Shown in pieces: positions 23,185-36,024 of a stretch of DNA of 37,869 bases (within the stretch, counting starts at the first letter, position 1; each line of letters begins with the position of its first letter). The stretch lies in contig NC_068982.1 of NCBI RefSeq assembly GCF_001194135.2, positions 46,290,676 to 46,328,544 of the forward strand. Direction: 5' to 3'. The stretch comes from Octopus bimaculoides. Lineage: Eukaryota. The notes beneath the pieces are model-generated. The model was not told the origin of the DNA. It made no database searches and saw only the letters and a list, made by a program, of their open reading frames with translations. The translations under genes were made by a program, and so were the position numbers.

Positions 23185-23742
23185 TACTCATATATATACA
23201 CACATACATACATATATGTACATATATATATATATACGCACACACATACACATACATATTCATACATATATACATACATATACATACATGTATATATGTT
23301 CGAGGCGTGTATGTATGTTTGTATTTGTCTACATATGTGTACATGAGCGCTTTTGATTCCGTTTCCATCTATAACAGTCTTCTGCATTGTTTCTCTTATT
23401 ACCTCGCTTCTCTCTTTCCCCAATGATTTCCTTCAATATTTCTGTTCCATTTCTTCGCCACCCCCACCTCACCACCACCACCACCACCTCATACTCTTTT
23501 TCTCTCTCTCTGTTTTTTTTTAAATGTTACAACCCATTCGGCAACAGATAACTACAGCAATCTCATACGACACAACAACTAAATTTTAACAAAAGCTTAA
23601 TACATATAATTCACGCCTACATTTCAGTATTTTCACATTATTGGACAAAGGTGGAAATCAATACTCATTGTTTTCTCCTGAATATAATATCAATCAAGGT
23701 GGTGCATCTTTAAACGATATTTTTCTCCGTTTTCTTCTCTTA

Positions 23743-23871
23743 TTTTCTTCTTCTTCTTCTTCTTCTTCTTCTTCTTCTTCTTCTTCTTCTTCTTCTTCTT
23801 CTTCTTCTTCTTCTTCTTCTTCTTCTTCTTCTTCTTCTTCTTCTTCTTCTTCTTCTTCTTCTTCTTCTTCT

Positions 23872-23906
<35 letters not shown>

Positions 23907-23927
23907 TTCGTCGTCGTCGTCGTCGTC

Positions 23928-23975
<48 letters not shown>
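23743..23975. repeat. Compound (TTC)n(TCG)n(TTA)n microsatellite
   Basis: Direct reading; source of the poly-S/R/Y pseudo-ORFs. Confidence 0.97.
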
Positions 23976-23976
<1 letters not shown>

Positions 23977-24059
23977 AATACTATTAGTATCGTCAAAGAA
24001 ATCGGCATTTTTATTAATATTTTTGTCATCGTCGTCAATACCACTACTACTACTACTAC

Positions 24060-24096
<37 letters not shown>

Positions 24097-24119
24097 GATC
24101 ATGATAACGATGATGTTTT

Positions 24120-24345
24120 CTGATTTTAGGCACAAGTCCAGAAATTTTGAGAGGGAAGAGATGGTTCGGTATATTCGTCCCCCGTATTTGCCTGGTACGT
24201 TATTGCATGGACCACCCGTGGTCGATACAATTAACGTCAAAGTTGACCTCCGCGGAGTTTGAACTCAGAACGTAAAGAGCCGGGAAACGTACAGCAAGTT
24301 ATTTTTATGGGCACTCTAAGGATTCTTCTGACTGTTCACTTAGAC
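24120..24345 (-). mobile_element. Diverged SINE family B copy
   Basis: TTTAGGCACAAGTCCAGAAATTTT..CAAAGTTGACCTCCGCGGAGTTTGAACTCAGAACGTAAAGA. Confidence 0.75.
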
Positions 24346-24788
24346 ACTCCGCCTGAAATCTAGAGTAAGAAAAGAGTCCATTACCGCATTTGTCGGTGTA
24401 TAAGACCTACACTTGTATAAAACATCCCGTTATTTTACATGTACATTTTATAAATTAAAATAAAATCTAGTATGTCGTATGATACACTTACGGGAAAATA
24501 TCTCAAAGTGTTTCTGCTGGGGAAAACGAATGATTCTGTGCATGTAAGTACAATGTAAGTACAATATTACAGCGTACTGGAATAAAGTATGAAACCATTT
24601 ATTTATCTAAATTATGGGACTACGCAATTCAGTTTTATCTTCATTCGGATCAATCGTATAAGAGAATTTTCATACCAGATTTGAAACTTATATTTTTGGC
24701 TGTGGTGTTTTATACATCTGTTATTGACCATGAGTATAGTGTACCACGACTATCATTATGTAGGAGAATTTTCCGTTTAGATAATTTT

Positions 24789-24952
24789 GGCGTGGCTGTA
24801 TTTATTGTAAGAAGCTTGCTTCCTAACCATAGGTTCAGTACCGCTGCGTGACACCTTTGGCAAGTGTCTTCAACTATAGCCTCTGGCCAACCAAAATCTT
24901 GTGGGTGGATTTGGTTGACGGAAACTAAAAGAAGCCCGTCGTATATATACAC

Positions 24953-24985
<33 letters not shown>

Positions 24986-25038
24986 AGTCTGTGTGTGTGT
25001 TTGTATCTTTGTTTGTCCACCATCTCTTGGACAACCGA
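24789..25038 (+). mobile_element. SINE family A, 5' two-thirds, ending where a minisatellite begins
   Basis: Head, GGCAAGTGTCTTC, GGAAACTAAAAGAAGCCCGTCG, internal (TA)(TG)n, then CCATCTCTTGGACAACCGA. Confidence 0.9.
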
Positions 25039-25651
25039 GCCGAAGGTGCTGAGTCGAAGGTGCAGAGCCGAAGGTGCAGAGCCGAAGGTGCAGAGCCGAA
25101 GGCACAGATCCGATGAGGCAGAGCTGAAGGGGCAGAGCCGATGGTACTGATCTGAAGGTGCAGAANNNNNNNNNNNNNNNNNNNNNNNNNNNNNNNNNNN
25201 NNNNNNNNNNNNNNNNNNNNNNNNNNNNNNNNNNNNNNNNNNNNNNNNNNNNNNNNNNNNNNNNNNNNNNNNNNNNNNNNNNNNNNNNNNNNNNNNNNNN
25301 NNNNNNNNNNNNNNNNNNNNNNNNNNNNNNNNNNNNNNNNNNNNNNNNNNNNNNNNNNNNNNNNNNNNNNNNNNNNNNNNNNNNNNNNNNNNNNNNNNNN
25401 NNNNNNNNNNNNNNNNNNNNNNNNNNNNNNNNNNNNNNNNNNNNNNNNNNNNNNNNNNNNNNNNNNNNNNNNNNNNNNNNNNNNNNNNNNNNNNNNNNNN
25501 NNNNNNNNNNNNNNNNNNNNNNNNNNNNNNNNNNNNNNNNGATGGTCCAGAGCCAAAGGTACCGAACCGAAGGCGCTGAGGAGCCGATGGTGCAGAGCCG
25601 ATGGTGCAGAGCCGAAGGGGCAGAGCCGAAGGTACAGAGCTGAAGGTGCAG
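25036..25651. repeat. 14-bp GC-rich minisatellite (GAGCCGAAGGTGCA)n spanning a gap
   Basis: Units on both sides of gap 25166-25540, with an alternative CCGATGGTGCA variant. Confidence 0.95.
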
Positions 25652-27246
25652 TCACAGCGTATGTGGTAGTAAAGGCCCTGTGACAGTTTCTTGTTCAATA
25701 GACGAAGAAAATTCCAAAAAATAAGTCTCATAGCGATAGACAGCATCAATAGTGGTACGTTCTAGAAATGGAAACAATGCATGTTGTTGCCACTGTTTCC
25801 AGATTAACGCTCGTAGCATGTCTGATAGTAGCTTTGTCTTGAAGTTCACCAACACCTTTCACTGATGACGAGTGAGCGTCCTAGGATGTCTTGTTCTGCA
25901 GGAGAGAACGACCTGAAGTTACTGCGAAGCAATGGAAAGAAAAATGATGACTCATGAGGTTGGGAAATTGTCGGGATCACTAAACAAACTAGGAACTAAT
26001 CAAGCGAGTTTAGGTAAGAGTCAAACAAGACTCTGTAAACCTCTCACGAAGAGGTTCTAATTCTACGAAATTCCTGACATGTTTTGTGATCATACAAGAT
26101 AACTATAACTAATAAATACAAAACCTGTTTGTATTCATTTTGAGTACCAAATTTTTAACCTGTCTTAATACATTGTATAACAACTTTTTTGCCCCCACCC
26201 CGTATTTTATGTATATATGCATCACACTACGTTTTATTGCCTCTTTTGTCTTATACGTTTTGTATTTTATGTTAGAGGCCTTGTGGCGAATAAAGAATGG
26301 ATTATTGCTATTATTTTTCAATTTCTTTACCTTGTATTTTGCTCTATTATATTGCACTGCTAGTGGTTTTTTGTGTTATTGTATATTTCTATAACTATTA
26401 TATTTATTTTATTTGGTTTTTATTAAATTACAGTTTTAACTATTTCGGTTAAAAACACTTAAATTAATAACGTTTAGCAAAATGAATAAAAATAGAATAA
26501 AATAACTATAAAATGGAATAAAATAAAAGAACGTAAATTGTTCTCTTCTTCTCCATTGTGTTTGTTTTTAATTACTGAAATGGTTGCTAAATATAATAAT
26601 AAAACGACGTGCATTTTCAAAGACGGAGAAAAAACAGTTTAAAATAAGACAATACAAACCAATTTAAACTGATGCACCTACCGTTTTAATATTGACCATG
26701 CAGAGAAGTAACTCGAATGATGTGTACGGTTTAGCACGAGCTACACTGTAGCTGATGACAATAACTGTTACCTTCTATTGAAATTGCTCTTAGCATTCTA
26801 TAAATGCTCTATAAATGTTTTTACAAATATCTTGTTATAGTGTAATGAGATATCGTAGAAAATTATCAATCGATGTATTATTATATTTTTTTCATTTCGT
26901 TTCTCTTTCTTTAAATGAGTGCAAGAAATTTATTCAAATCTGCTACTACTTTCTCAATGGGTGCTTCAGCCTATCATGTGTAAGTACGAAACTATTATAT
27001 AAAAGTAATGTGTGTGTATGTGTGTGTGTGTTATTGGCCTTTCCTTCGCATTTGCAAGATATGTAATGCATTTCTAAGCTACAAAAATGAATGCAACTAA
27101 CACATCAGATTATGATATAAATCTTTTATTCTTATGAAAAGCAGCTTGAAAGGGGTTTATGCATACTATCTTTTACCCTAAGGTTTCATTAAAAAAAAAA
27201 TCCGTTTATTACTTTAGCACTACGGGTCACTCCAGTTACATAAGCA

Positions 27247-27300
27247 TACTACGTCACACTCGCGTTCGCATGCACACACGCGTTCGCATGCACACACGCG
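27247..27300. repeat. 18-bp tandem duplication CGCGTTCGCATGCACACA
   Basis: Two adjacent copies plus a partial third. Confidence 0.85.
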
Positions 27301-27701
27301 CACATATTTAAGACATTCTGGTAGAAATCTTGTAGGATCATGTGTAAAGCTCGTCCAAAGTTATTGGCTACCTGATGTCAGCAACAATAGGGATGCATTT
27401 TATTACTTTTGACGAGAAGTGTGTCTTCTCTCTCAGCTTCTTAAGAGAACTTCTGGAATGCAGCAGCCATCTAGATATGTATTGTTATCGAGCTAAGTGA
27501 AGTGGTGAAGAGACAAATCGAAGTAAAGTACTTGTTTGGAAAATAATCTAAGCTGATGTAATCTGTACTTGTGATGCAAGACAATTGATTGTACAGGATA
27601 ACCCCGGTGAGGTACACGTGCAGGATGTGTCAAAACAATTGTAGTGGATTTGAATAAAGAATCTCGTGGATTTCATTTTCTGTTTGTGATCTATCTATCT
27701 C

Positions 27702-27736
<35 letters not shown>

Positions 27737-28358
27737 NNNNNNNNNNNNNNNNNNNNNNNNNNNNNNNNNNNNNNNNNNNNNNNNNNNNNNNNNNNNNNNN
27801 NNNNNNNNNNNNNNNNNNNNNNNNNNNNNNNNNNNNNNNNNNNNNNNNNNNNNNNNNNNNNNNNNNNNNNNNNNNNNNNNNNNNNNNNNNNNNNNNNNNN
27901 NNNNNNNNNNNNNNNNNNNNNNNNNNNNNNNNNNNNNNNNNNNNNNNNNNNNNNNNNNNNNNNNNNNNNNNNNNNNNNNNNNNNNNNNNNNNNNNNNNNN
28001 NNNNNNNNNNNNNNNNNNNNNNNNNNNNNNNNNNNNNNNNNNNNNNNNNNNNNNNNNNNNNNNNNNNNNNNNNNNNNNNNNNNNNNNNNNNNNNNNNNNN
28101 NNNNNNNNNNNNNNNNNNNNNNNNNNNNNNNNNNNNNNNNNNNNNNNNNNNNNNNNNNNNNNNNNNNNNNNNNNNNNNNNNNNNNNNNNNNNNNNNNNNN
28201 NNNNNNNNNNNNNNNNNNNNNNNNNNNNNNNNNNNNNNNNNNNNNNNNNNNNNNNNNNNNNNNNNNNNNNNNNNNNNNNNNNNNNNNNNNNNNNNNNNNN
28301 NNNNNNNNNNNNNNNNNNNNNNNNNNNNNNNNNNNNNNNNNNNNNNNNNNNNNNNNNN

Positions 28359-28405
<47 letters not shown>

Positions 28406-29567
28406 CATACATATCCGCACTTACATAGGCAAAGATTGTAGAGAATGTGCGTCCGTTACCCTGAACTATAGAATGTTGGCTACTGTCTCTAAGGTTATTA
28501 TGCTATAACAATATATATTTTCATTTTCTCGTTTCTTGTCCCAACAGGTACAATGGCTCCAAAGTGTGTGTGCGAAGGGGGGGAGGGGGTTAAAAAATAG
28601 TTATGCTATCATTAACCGTCCTAAAGTCAGTCCCTTCAATTCTCGGTATCTCCTCGAAAACAATATAGTTTTGAAGCCTGTCGATTTTGTAACGGTAATG
28701 TGAACAACTAAAGCTAAGAGCATTTAATTTTATATTCATTTTATATTATCAATTCGCCATCATTAAATGTCCCTCATAGAAGGATGTGTGGTGTGTGTAT
28801 AGACAAGATTTTTTTCTACAATTGCGCTCCGGACCGACAAGCATAGTATTCATAGTGACTTCGAAGTTTCTGCTAGTTAAACCATCACTTGACTGTAAAG
28901 CATTTAGGTTCATTCTGGCTTTATATAATCTCTGTTAGGTTAAAATTTTCTAGGGTAGCCTAAGTTCTGTTGACTGATTAGACTGTATCGTAGGTTGGTG
29001 TTGCAAGATCGTATGGAGAATTTTTATTGATTAAACTTGAAGTGCTAATTGTTAGAATTTATTCGTGCACGTAGAGCTTTGTAATTAGATGTGTGTTTAG
29101 GTATATCAGCTTAGGTTATAAGAGTTTACAAGGATAAAGTTAGGCTGTTGGTCAGCAAATCTGCCACTTGGTTTGGTTGTTGCTGGTTTTATTTAGACTT
29201 GAATAGAATATTTAATTTTCGTTTTCAGAATGTGAAGGCTCGAAACTTCGATGTCACTGTCAATATTATTCTTCGTAAAGAATAATAAATTTGTAATCTA
29301 ACAAATGTATTGAATAATCCTCTTATTATAACATTAACATACATTAATATATATATATACACATACATACCGGTGCTATTATGCAAAAGTGTCGTAAGTC
29401 CAAAAGGTGGCTTTTTCAGAAAACGTAAAAATAGTTTCACCATTCCATAGCAAAACCGTTGTACTACACTTTGACAATTTTTGATATCTTGGCATCTGTA
29501 GCAGCTGGAGATACGATAGTTTTACCAAAAGAAGCGGCTAAACTGTAATGTATTTTTCTTTCTTTCC

Positions 29568-29605
<38 letters not shown>

Positions 29606-29689
29606 GTCTGTCTATCTATGAATATGTGCGCGTGTGTATGTGTGTGTGTGTGCGCGTACGTCTCTGTATGCATGTGTGTGTGTTTTCTG

Positions 29690-29789
29690 CGTCTGTGTAC
29701 GACCGGCGTTGGGATGCTGGCTTGTTTACATTCCCGTAATTTAGCAGTTCGGCAAAAGAGAATTGCTAGAGTAAGTACTATAGGTAAAA

Positions 29790-29824
<35 letters not shown>

Positions 29825-29945
29825 AAAATAAAAAAAGAACAGAGAAAAAGATACCTACAAGTTCGATTTGTTCAATTAATTCCTTCAAGTCCGTGCTCTG
29901 GTTTGGCCGCAATCCAATGACTGAAACAAGTAAAAGATAAAAAAG
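29690..29945 (+). mobile_element. SINE family A, 3' half, with internal (AAAT)n expansion
   Basis: GATGCTGGCTTGTTTACATTCCCGTAATTTAGCAGTTCGGCAAAAGAGA..TGGCCGCAATCCAATGACTGAAACAAGTAAAAGA. Confidence 0.8.
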
Positions 29946-30044
29946 AAGATTAAAAAACTGCTATGAAATTTCAGACAGAACTGTTGCTACCAACCCTCTG
30001 ATACAAACGATACAGAACTGCAGTGTAATCATATTATATTCTAT

Positions 30045-30093
<49 letters not shown>

Positions 30094-30788
30094 GTGTATA
30101 TATNNNNNNNNNNNNNNNNNNNNNNNNNNNNNNNNNNNNNNNNNNNNNNNNNNNNNNNNNNNNNNNNNNNNNNNNNNNNNNNNNNNNNNNNNNNNNNNNN
30201 NNNNNNNNNNNNNNNNNNNNNNNNNNNNNNNNNNNNNNNNNNNNNNNNNNNNNNNNNNNNNNNNNNNNNNNNNNNNNNNNNNNNNNNNNNNNNNNNNNNN
30301 NNNNNNNNNNNNNNNNNNNNNNNNNNNNNNNNNNNNNNNNNNNNNNNNNNNNNNNNNNNNNNNNNNNNNNNNNNNNNNNNNNNNNNNNNNNNNNNNNNNN
30401 NNNNNNNNNNNNNNNNNNNNNNNNNNNNNNNNNNNNNNNNNNNNNNNNNNNNNNNNNNNNNNNNNNNNNNNNNNNNNNNNNNNNNNNNNNNNNNNNNNNN
30501 NNNNNNNNNNNNNNNNNNNNNNNNNNNNNNNNNNNNNNNNNNNNNNNNNNNNNNNNNNNNNNNNNNNNNNNNNNNNNNNNNNNNNNNNNNNNNNNNNNNN
30601 NNNNNNNNNNNNNNNNNNNNNNNNNNNNNNNNNNNNNNNNNNNNNNNNNNNNNNNNNNNNNNNNNNNNNNNNNNNNNNNNNNNNNNNNNNNNNNNNNNNN
30701 NNNNNNNNNNNNNNNNNNNNNNNNNNNNNNNNNNNNNNNNNNNNNNNNNNNNNNNNNNNNNNNNNNNNNNNNNNNNNNNNNNNNNNNN

Positions 30789-31178
30789 TCTTTTCTAAAC
30801 CTAGTTTTTATTCTATTGATCTTTTGCCGAACTGCTAAGTTACGTGGACGTAAACTCACCTACACCGTTTGTCAAGCAGTGATGAGGGACAAACACAAGC
30901 ACAAGGGCGCGCGCGCACACACACACAGATACACGCACACACACACACATACACACACAGACACAGACACACACACACACATATGTGTGTGTATATATAC
31001 GTATACATATATACGATGGGCTTCTTTCAGTTTCCGTCTATCAAATCCACTCGGAAGGCTTTCGTCGGACCGAGCTTATAGTAGAAAAGACTTGCCCGAC
31101 GTGCCACGCAGTGGGGCTGAACCTGTGACCATGCGATTTAGAATCAAAAATCTTAACAAACACCTACAGCCACACCAT
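30789..31178 (-). mobile_element. SINE family A with expanded internal microsatellite
   Basis: Colinear with 6410-6745; internal CA/TA tract at about 30890-31013. Confidence 0.88.
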
Positions 31179-31589
31179 TGTACTTATTATCCTTGTACGT
31201 ATTCATGTATACGAGGGACTAACGCCTACGGAGATGTATTAAAGATGGCGTCGATACCAATTTCTGAAATGTGTTACTATTGTGAGAATACACAGGAGCA
31301 GTATTAATGTATTTCTGTATGAGAGAGTTCCAACCGGTTTATGTATTTCGATACGTGCGTGTGATGTATGTATATGCATCTGTTTATTTATTTGTGCGTT
31401 TGATGTGTTGAGTAAAGTATTCAAATATTTCGAATTCTGTATTGGAATCAATTTGTTGGAACATTGATTAAAGGATAATAAAAGAGAAATCGTCCGTAGA
31501 ATGTTAAACATATGCCAGTTACTTCAAAAATGGTAACGAACCAACTTGGCAAAATTTTGTAGCGTTAACATGGGCGCTATCCTCACAAC

Positions 31590-31684
31590 AATCATCGTCA
31601 TCGTCGTCGGTCTTCTCCCTATCGTCATCATCCTCATCATCGTCATCATCATCATCATCATCGTCATCATCGTCATCGTCATCG

Positions 31685-31743
<59 letters not shown>

Positions 31744-31862
31744 GGTATACTATCAACACCAGCTTCTTTACCATGAACATCATCGTCATCGTAGCGGTCG
31801 TCATCATCAACGTCGTCGTTATCGTCGTCGTCGTCGTCGTCGTCGTCGTCATCGTCATCGCC
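31590..31862. repeat. Compound (ATC)n/(GTC)n microsatellites
   Basis: Direct reading; a similar tract lies at 32260-32400. Confidence 0.95.
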
Positions 31863-32342
31863 AAGTCAGAATTAGCTCCACACACTTTTATTGGTACTGA
31901 CCAGTCAGGTGTTATCACAAAGTCCACGGCTCTACTAATGACTCGAGTCCACTTTGATGTGTATAGCATGCCAGAAACACGCACACACACACACAAAAGA
32001 AAGCAAAAAAAAAAAAAGGAAGAAAGAAAGATAAAGGAAAGAAAAAGAGAAGCGACAAACTTTCAGACTTTGGATGCAAATATCTGCAATTCGGGTCATC
32101 TTGCTCTGGCACTGACGCTCTGATCTGACTATATAAATAACTGATGATGGAGAAGATAAAAAAAAATGGATGACTAGCAATCTGAGGCAGGTTGAGAAAG
32201 GAGAGAAGGATAAAAGATAAAAGTCACAGGTGAAGAAGAGGAGAAAGAAAATTACCATAACCACCATCACTATCACCATCACCAACTTCATCATCATCAT
32301 CATCATCATCATCGTTGTCGTCGTCGTCGTCGTCGTCGTCGC

Positions 32343-32398
<56 letters not shown>

Positions 32399-32407
32399 CG
32401 TCATCGA

Positions 32408-32950
<543 letters not shown>

Positions 32951-33034
32951 GTTCAGCAGTTTTATTTTTATAATGTGCTTTCACTTCACGACCGAGCGCA
33001 GCTCTGTGTGCCTTGGGTATGTGCTGTGGTTTGC

Positions 33035-33095
<61 letters not shown>

Positions 33096-34200
33096 GTTGT
33101 TTTTTTTCTTCTTTCTTCAAATTTTCTTCCATTTCTCGCCGAGTGTTTTCCGTACACCTAGGGCAGAGAAACTCGTTGTATGCATTCCCAGTTTACACAC
33201 GCAAATTCACAGGTAAAACATGTATTTAAGAAAAAAAAAAAATTCATGAATGGATGTTGTTTTCACAGCGATAATGCTCTAAGGGTAATACAGCTAGGTG
33301 CTCATCCAATCTAGTATTATGCCTCCATTAAAGCAATCCTGAAGTTGTTCTCCAGTTTCCCATGTAAACTATTGAATTTCTTTAGCCAGCCCCCTTGAAC
33401 TAAGTCTGGTCCTGGGCTCTTCCAATTTGGCAATTTTCCTAACACTTTACTCATTAATGCACTAGTTAATCTTAAATCTGGCTGCTTCTCACTCACTACT
33501 TCTTCCCTCACTTCCTTTAACCATACTGCATCTCCATAATCATTGACTGGTTTATCCCAAATATTACTCCAGATCTTTCTAGCTTCCTCTGCATTAGGTT
33601 TCTCATCTTCAGTACTTGGTTCTCCACTATTTCTTTGATTATAACATCTCCTCTGATCCGTCTCAAATAATCTATTCTGTCGATACTGATCTATTCTTTT
33701 CTGATATCTAGAGAGCTTGCCCGCTACTGCTATGTTACGCTGTTTCAACTCTTCTGTTACTGTCCCAAATCCTTTCTGTTTTTTTCTGGTGACTACTACT
33801 CCTCCCGCATAGACCAATAAGTTAGTGTCTTCTATATATTTAGTATTTATCCTCCTGATAAGAGAATCTCCTTTTCTAGTCATTTCTTGAAGCTTCCTTC
33901 TGTTGATGTCTTTTAATGCTAGTAATCTATCCTGTTTTCCCTAACCTGTTTTCTTCGCTGGTCCACTTCCCCTTCCTTGATCTATTATCAGCTGATGCTG
34001 CATTAGGATGACAGGTGTGGTCAGTCAGCATCTTTACTGATCCACTGCCGAGCGAATGGTCTTCCCTTAACGTTTCAGCTTCATTTTCGCTGTTACAACC
34101 AGAGTTTATCGGAAACTCCTGTCTCTCATAAACTGAGGTAAGGTAACGTTCGTCAGCATCGTCATCACCACTATTATTTCTCGGTATCTGAAAGTTTCAA
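33035..34200 (-). mobile_element. Internally deleted R4/Dong-like non-LTR retrotransposon with (TAA)n tail
   Basis: Open frame 34196-33927 ends RSRKGKWTSEEN; frame 33940-33317 gives YRQNRLFETDQRR..IWSNIW..WLKEV..KLPNWKSPGPDLVQGGWLKKFNSLH; then jumps to the C-terminal LRALSL* (stop 33263-33265), 3'UTR and (TAA)n at 33035-33095. Confidence 0.88.
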
Positions 34201-34603
34201 GCAACTTTCTATTGCATAATTTGCTGCACCTTTGTGCTGATGGTAATGGTGTGGTGTGTGCTGCATTTTGGGGCTACAGTGGGGGCCGGGATATTTTATT
34301 GTATCAGTACGTTTTGTTATGGGGTCTTGTTTCAATCTTCGGTTGTATTAGTTTTTATCTTGTGTGTTGTTTGTGTAGCGCAGGTTGTGTTCTTCTGTCG
34401 GGTATCGGCCTTCTATGGCACATGTACATTTTGTTAATTTTCTTGGGTATTTACAGTATGAGTTTATTCGTGTAAGATTTTGGAGGAGTGTTTCATAGTA
34501 GTATGTGCGTGTGTGTGTGTGTAACTCCTAAATCAACTATTTTATAGTATTTATGATTATCCGTCCGCCGGTCTTTTGCTTGGCTTTGTTATGGGTTCCT
34601 TTA

Positions 34604-34656
<53 letters not shown>

Positions 34657-35000
34657 CACCACTTTCATTATAATCTTCCTTCAAGTCTGTTTCCTTTTCT
34701 TTCCGAGTGCCTTCCTGACACCTAGGGCAGAGTCACGCACTGTATACATTTGTGGACCATTAAAATAAACACACCAGATTGTTCATTTACAAAGAAAATA
34801 AAGGGCAAAAAAGGAAAGAAAATTCACAGCGACAATGCTCTTGTCAATATGTGTGACGTACGAGTTAATACAATCTTTTGCGCTTCCTGCATGGATGGTA
34901 ATCCAGGGTCATTATCAAATAATCTTCAGTTCCTTTACTGATCATTTCAAGTGCTCCTATAATCATTGGTTTTGTAACCATCTTGAGGTGCTATCTTTGC
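34604..35000 (-). mobile_element. 5'-truncated R4/Dong-like 3' end with (TAA)n tail
   Basis: HLKMVTKPMIIGALEMISKG../PGLPSMQEAQKIVLTRTSHILTRALSL* (stop 34824-34826); 3'UTR shares a motif with the 33.1-kb copy; (TAA)n at 34604-34656. Confidence 0.85.
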
Positions 35001-35561
35001 TCCAACTACTGTCGTCATCTGTTCACCATTCTCTTTTGGTTTTGCTTTTCGCTTGAGCAGTGACATCAGGAGAGGGATCTACCTATTCAGAGGTATCTTT
35101 TTGGCAGAGCACCGTCTCTGGTTGTATGCTACTTTTGTTTTCGTATCTTGAGCGCCTCAAGCTCATAGATAAAAATTCGCCTTTATTTGTTTTCGAAGTT
35201 TTATTACCGGGCATATATGTTTTTTCTCTATTTAAAATTGAGACGTATTATATTTTATATTTATTGTTATTCTTATGTGTCTCTTTTAATTTTTTAGATA
35301 CTGTGTATTCTACGTTGTCTTGTTCATGTAGGAAATGTACGAGTGCATGTATACTTCATATAAACATTACATTTCTGTGTATTTGTGGTGAAATGAGACT
35401 GCATATACGATTTCACAGTATTTTTTTTTTTTTTTTTGTAGCGATATCGCATTCTCGCGTATTGCTTTAATTCTTGTATAGACAAATCACATCTCCGCGT
35501 GTTTACATTTTCACACACTTGTCTTTCTGTGACAACGTGCCTGACAGCAACAATGTTTCAT

Positions 35562-35571
35562 ATTATTATTA

Positions 35572-35622
<51 letters not shown>

Positions 35623-35842
35623 GAAAACTCATAGCTTATTTTGCTGGATATTATGGAAAGTGTCAGCTGTCCACAGCCAGTAGACTAAGGTGACACTTGT
35701 TTACTTGTCATGCTTCAAGAACCCTGCAAAGAATTTTTGCAGTTCCAAGCAATACTGATATTTATAGGTGTTCTACCTTCACATTTGCAACGATCTTTTT
35801 CAGCCATGTTGGTATTGAGTGCTGATGCTTTCAAGTGCCCGA

Positions 35843-35891
<49 letters not shown>
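35562..35891 (-). mobile_element. Short R4/Dong-like 3' end embedded in (TAA)n on both sides
   Basis: IRALESIS/TWLKKIVANVKVEHL*ISVLLGTAKILCRVLEA* (stop 35708-35710); (ATT)n at 35562-35620 and 35843-35891. Confidence 0.8.
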
Positions 35892-36024
35892 GGGATGTAA
35901 GCCTGCAGAATCGTTAGCACACCGAGCATAATGCTTAGCGACATTTCGTCTGTCTTTGTGTTCTGAGTTCATATCCGCCGAGGTCGAGTTTGCTTTCCAT
36001 CCCTTCGAGGTCAATAAGATAAGC
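35892..36024 (+). mobile_element. SINE family B 5' part (runs into gap)
   Basis: GCAGAATCGTTAGCACACCG..GAGTTCATATCCGCCGAGGTCGAGTTTGCTTTCCATCC. Confidence 0.88.

Noticed and set aside
23641-24262. Poly-Ser/Arg/Tyr/Ile ORFs, and poly-Met/Asn/Lys/Leu ORFs at 31.5-33.2 kb
   Set aside because: Trinucleotide microsatellites with no other coding signal.
24382-24500. Tigger/pogo-like TIR start TACCGCATTTGTCGGTGTATAAGAC
   Set aside because: No convincing matching right TIR or TA duplication.
24870-25749. SAPSALHLRLCTFG repeat protein
   Set aside because: Translation of the 14-bp minisatellite plus gap plus SINE; no evidence of a gene.
28800-29200. Faint Penelope endonuclease similarity on the minus strand (LYKA..DGLTSRNF)
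   Set aside because: Too degraded to distinguish from chance without a profile search.
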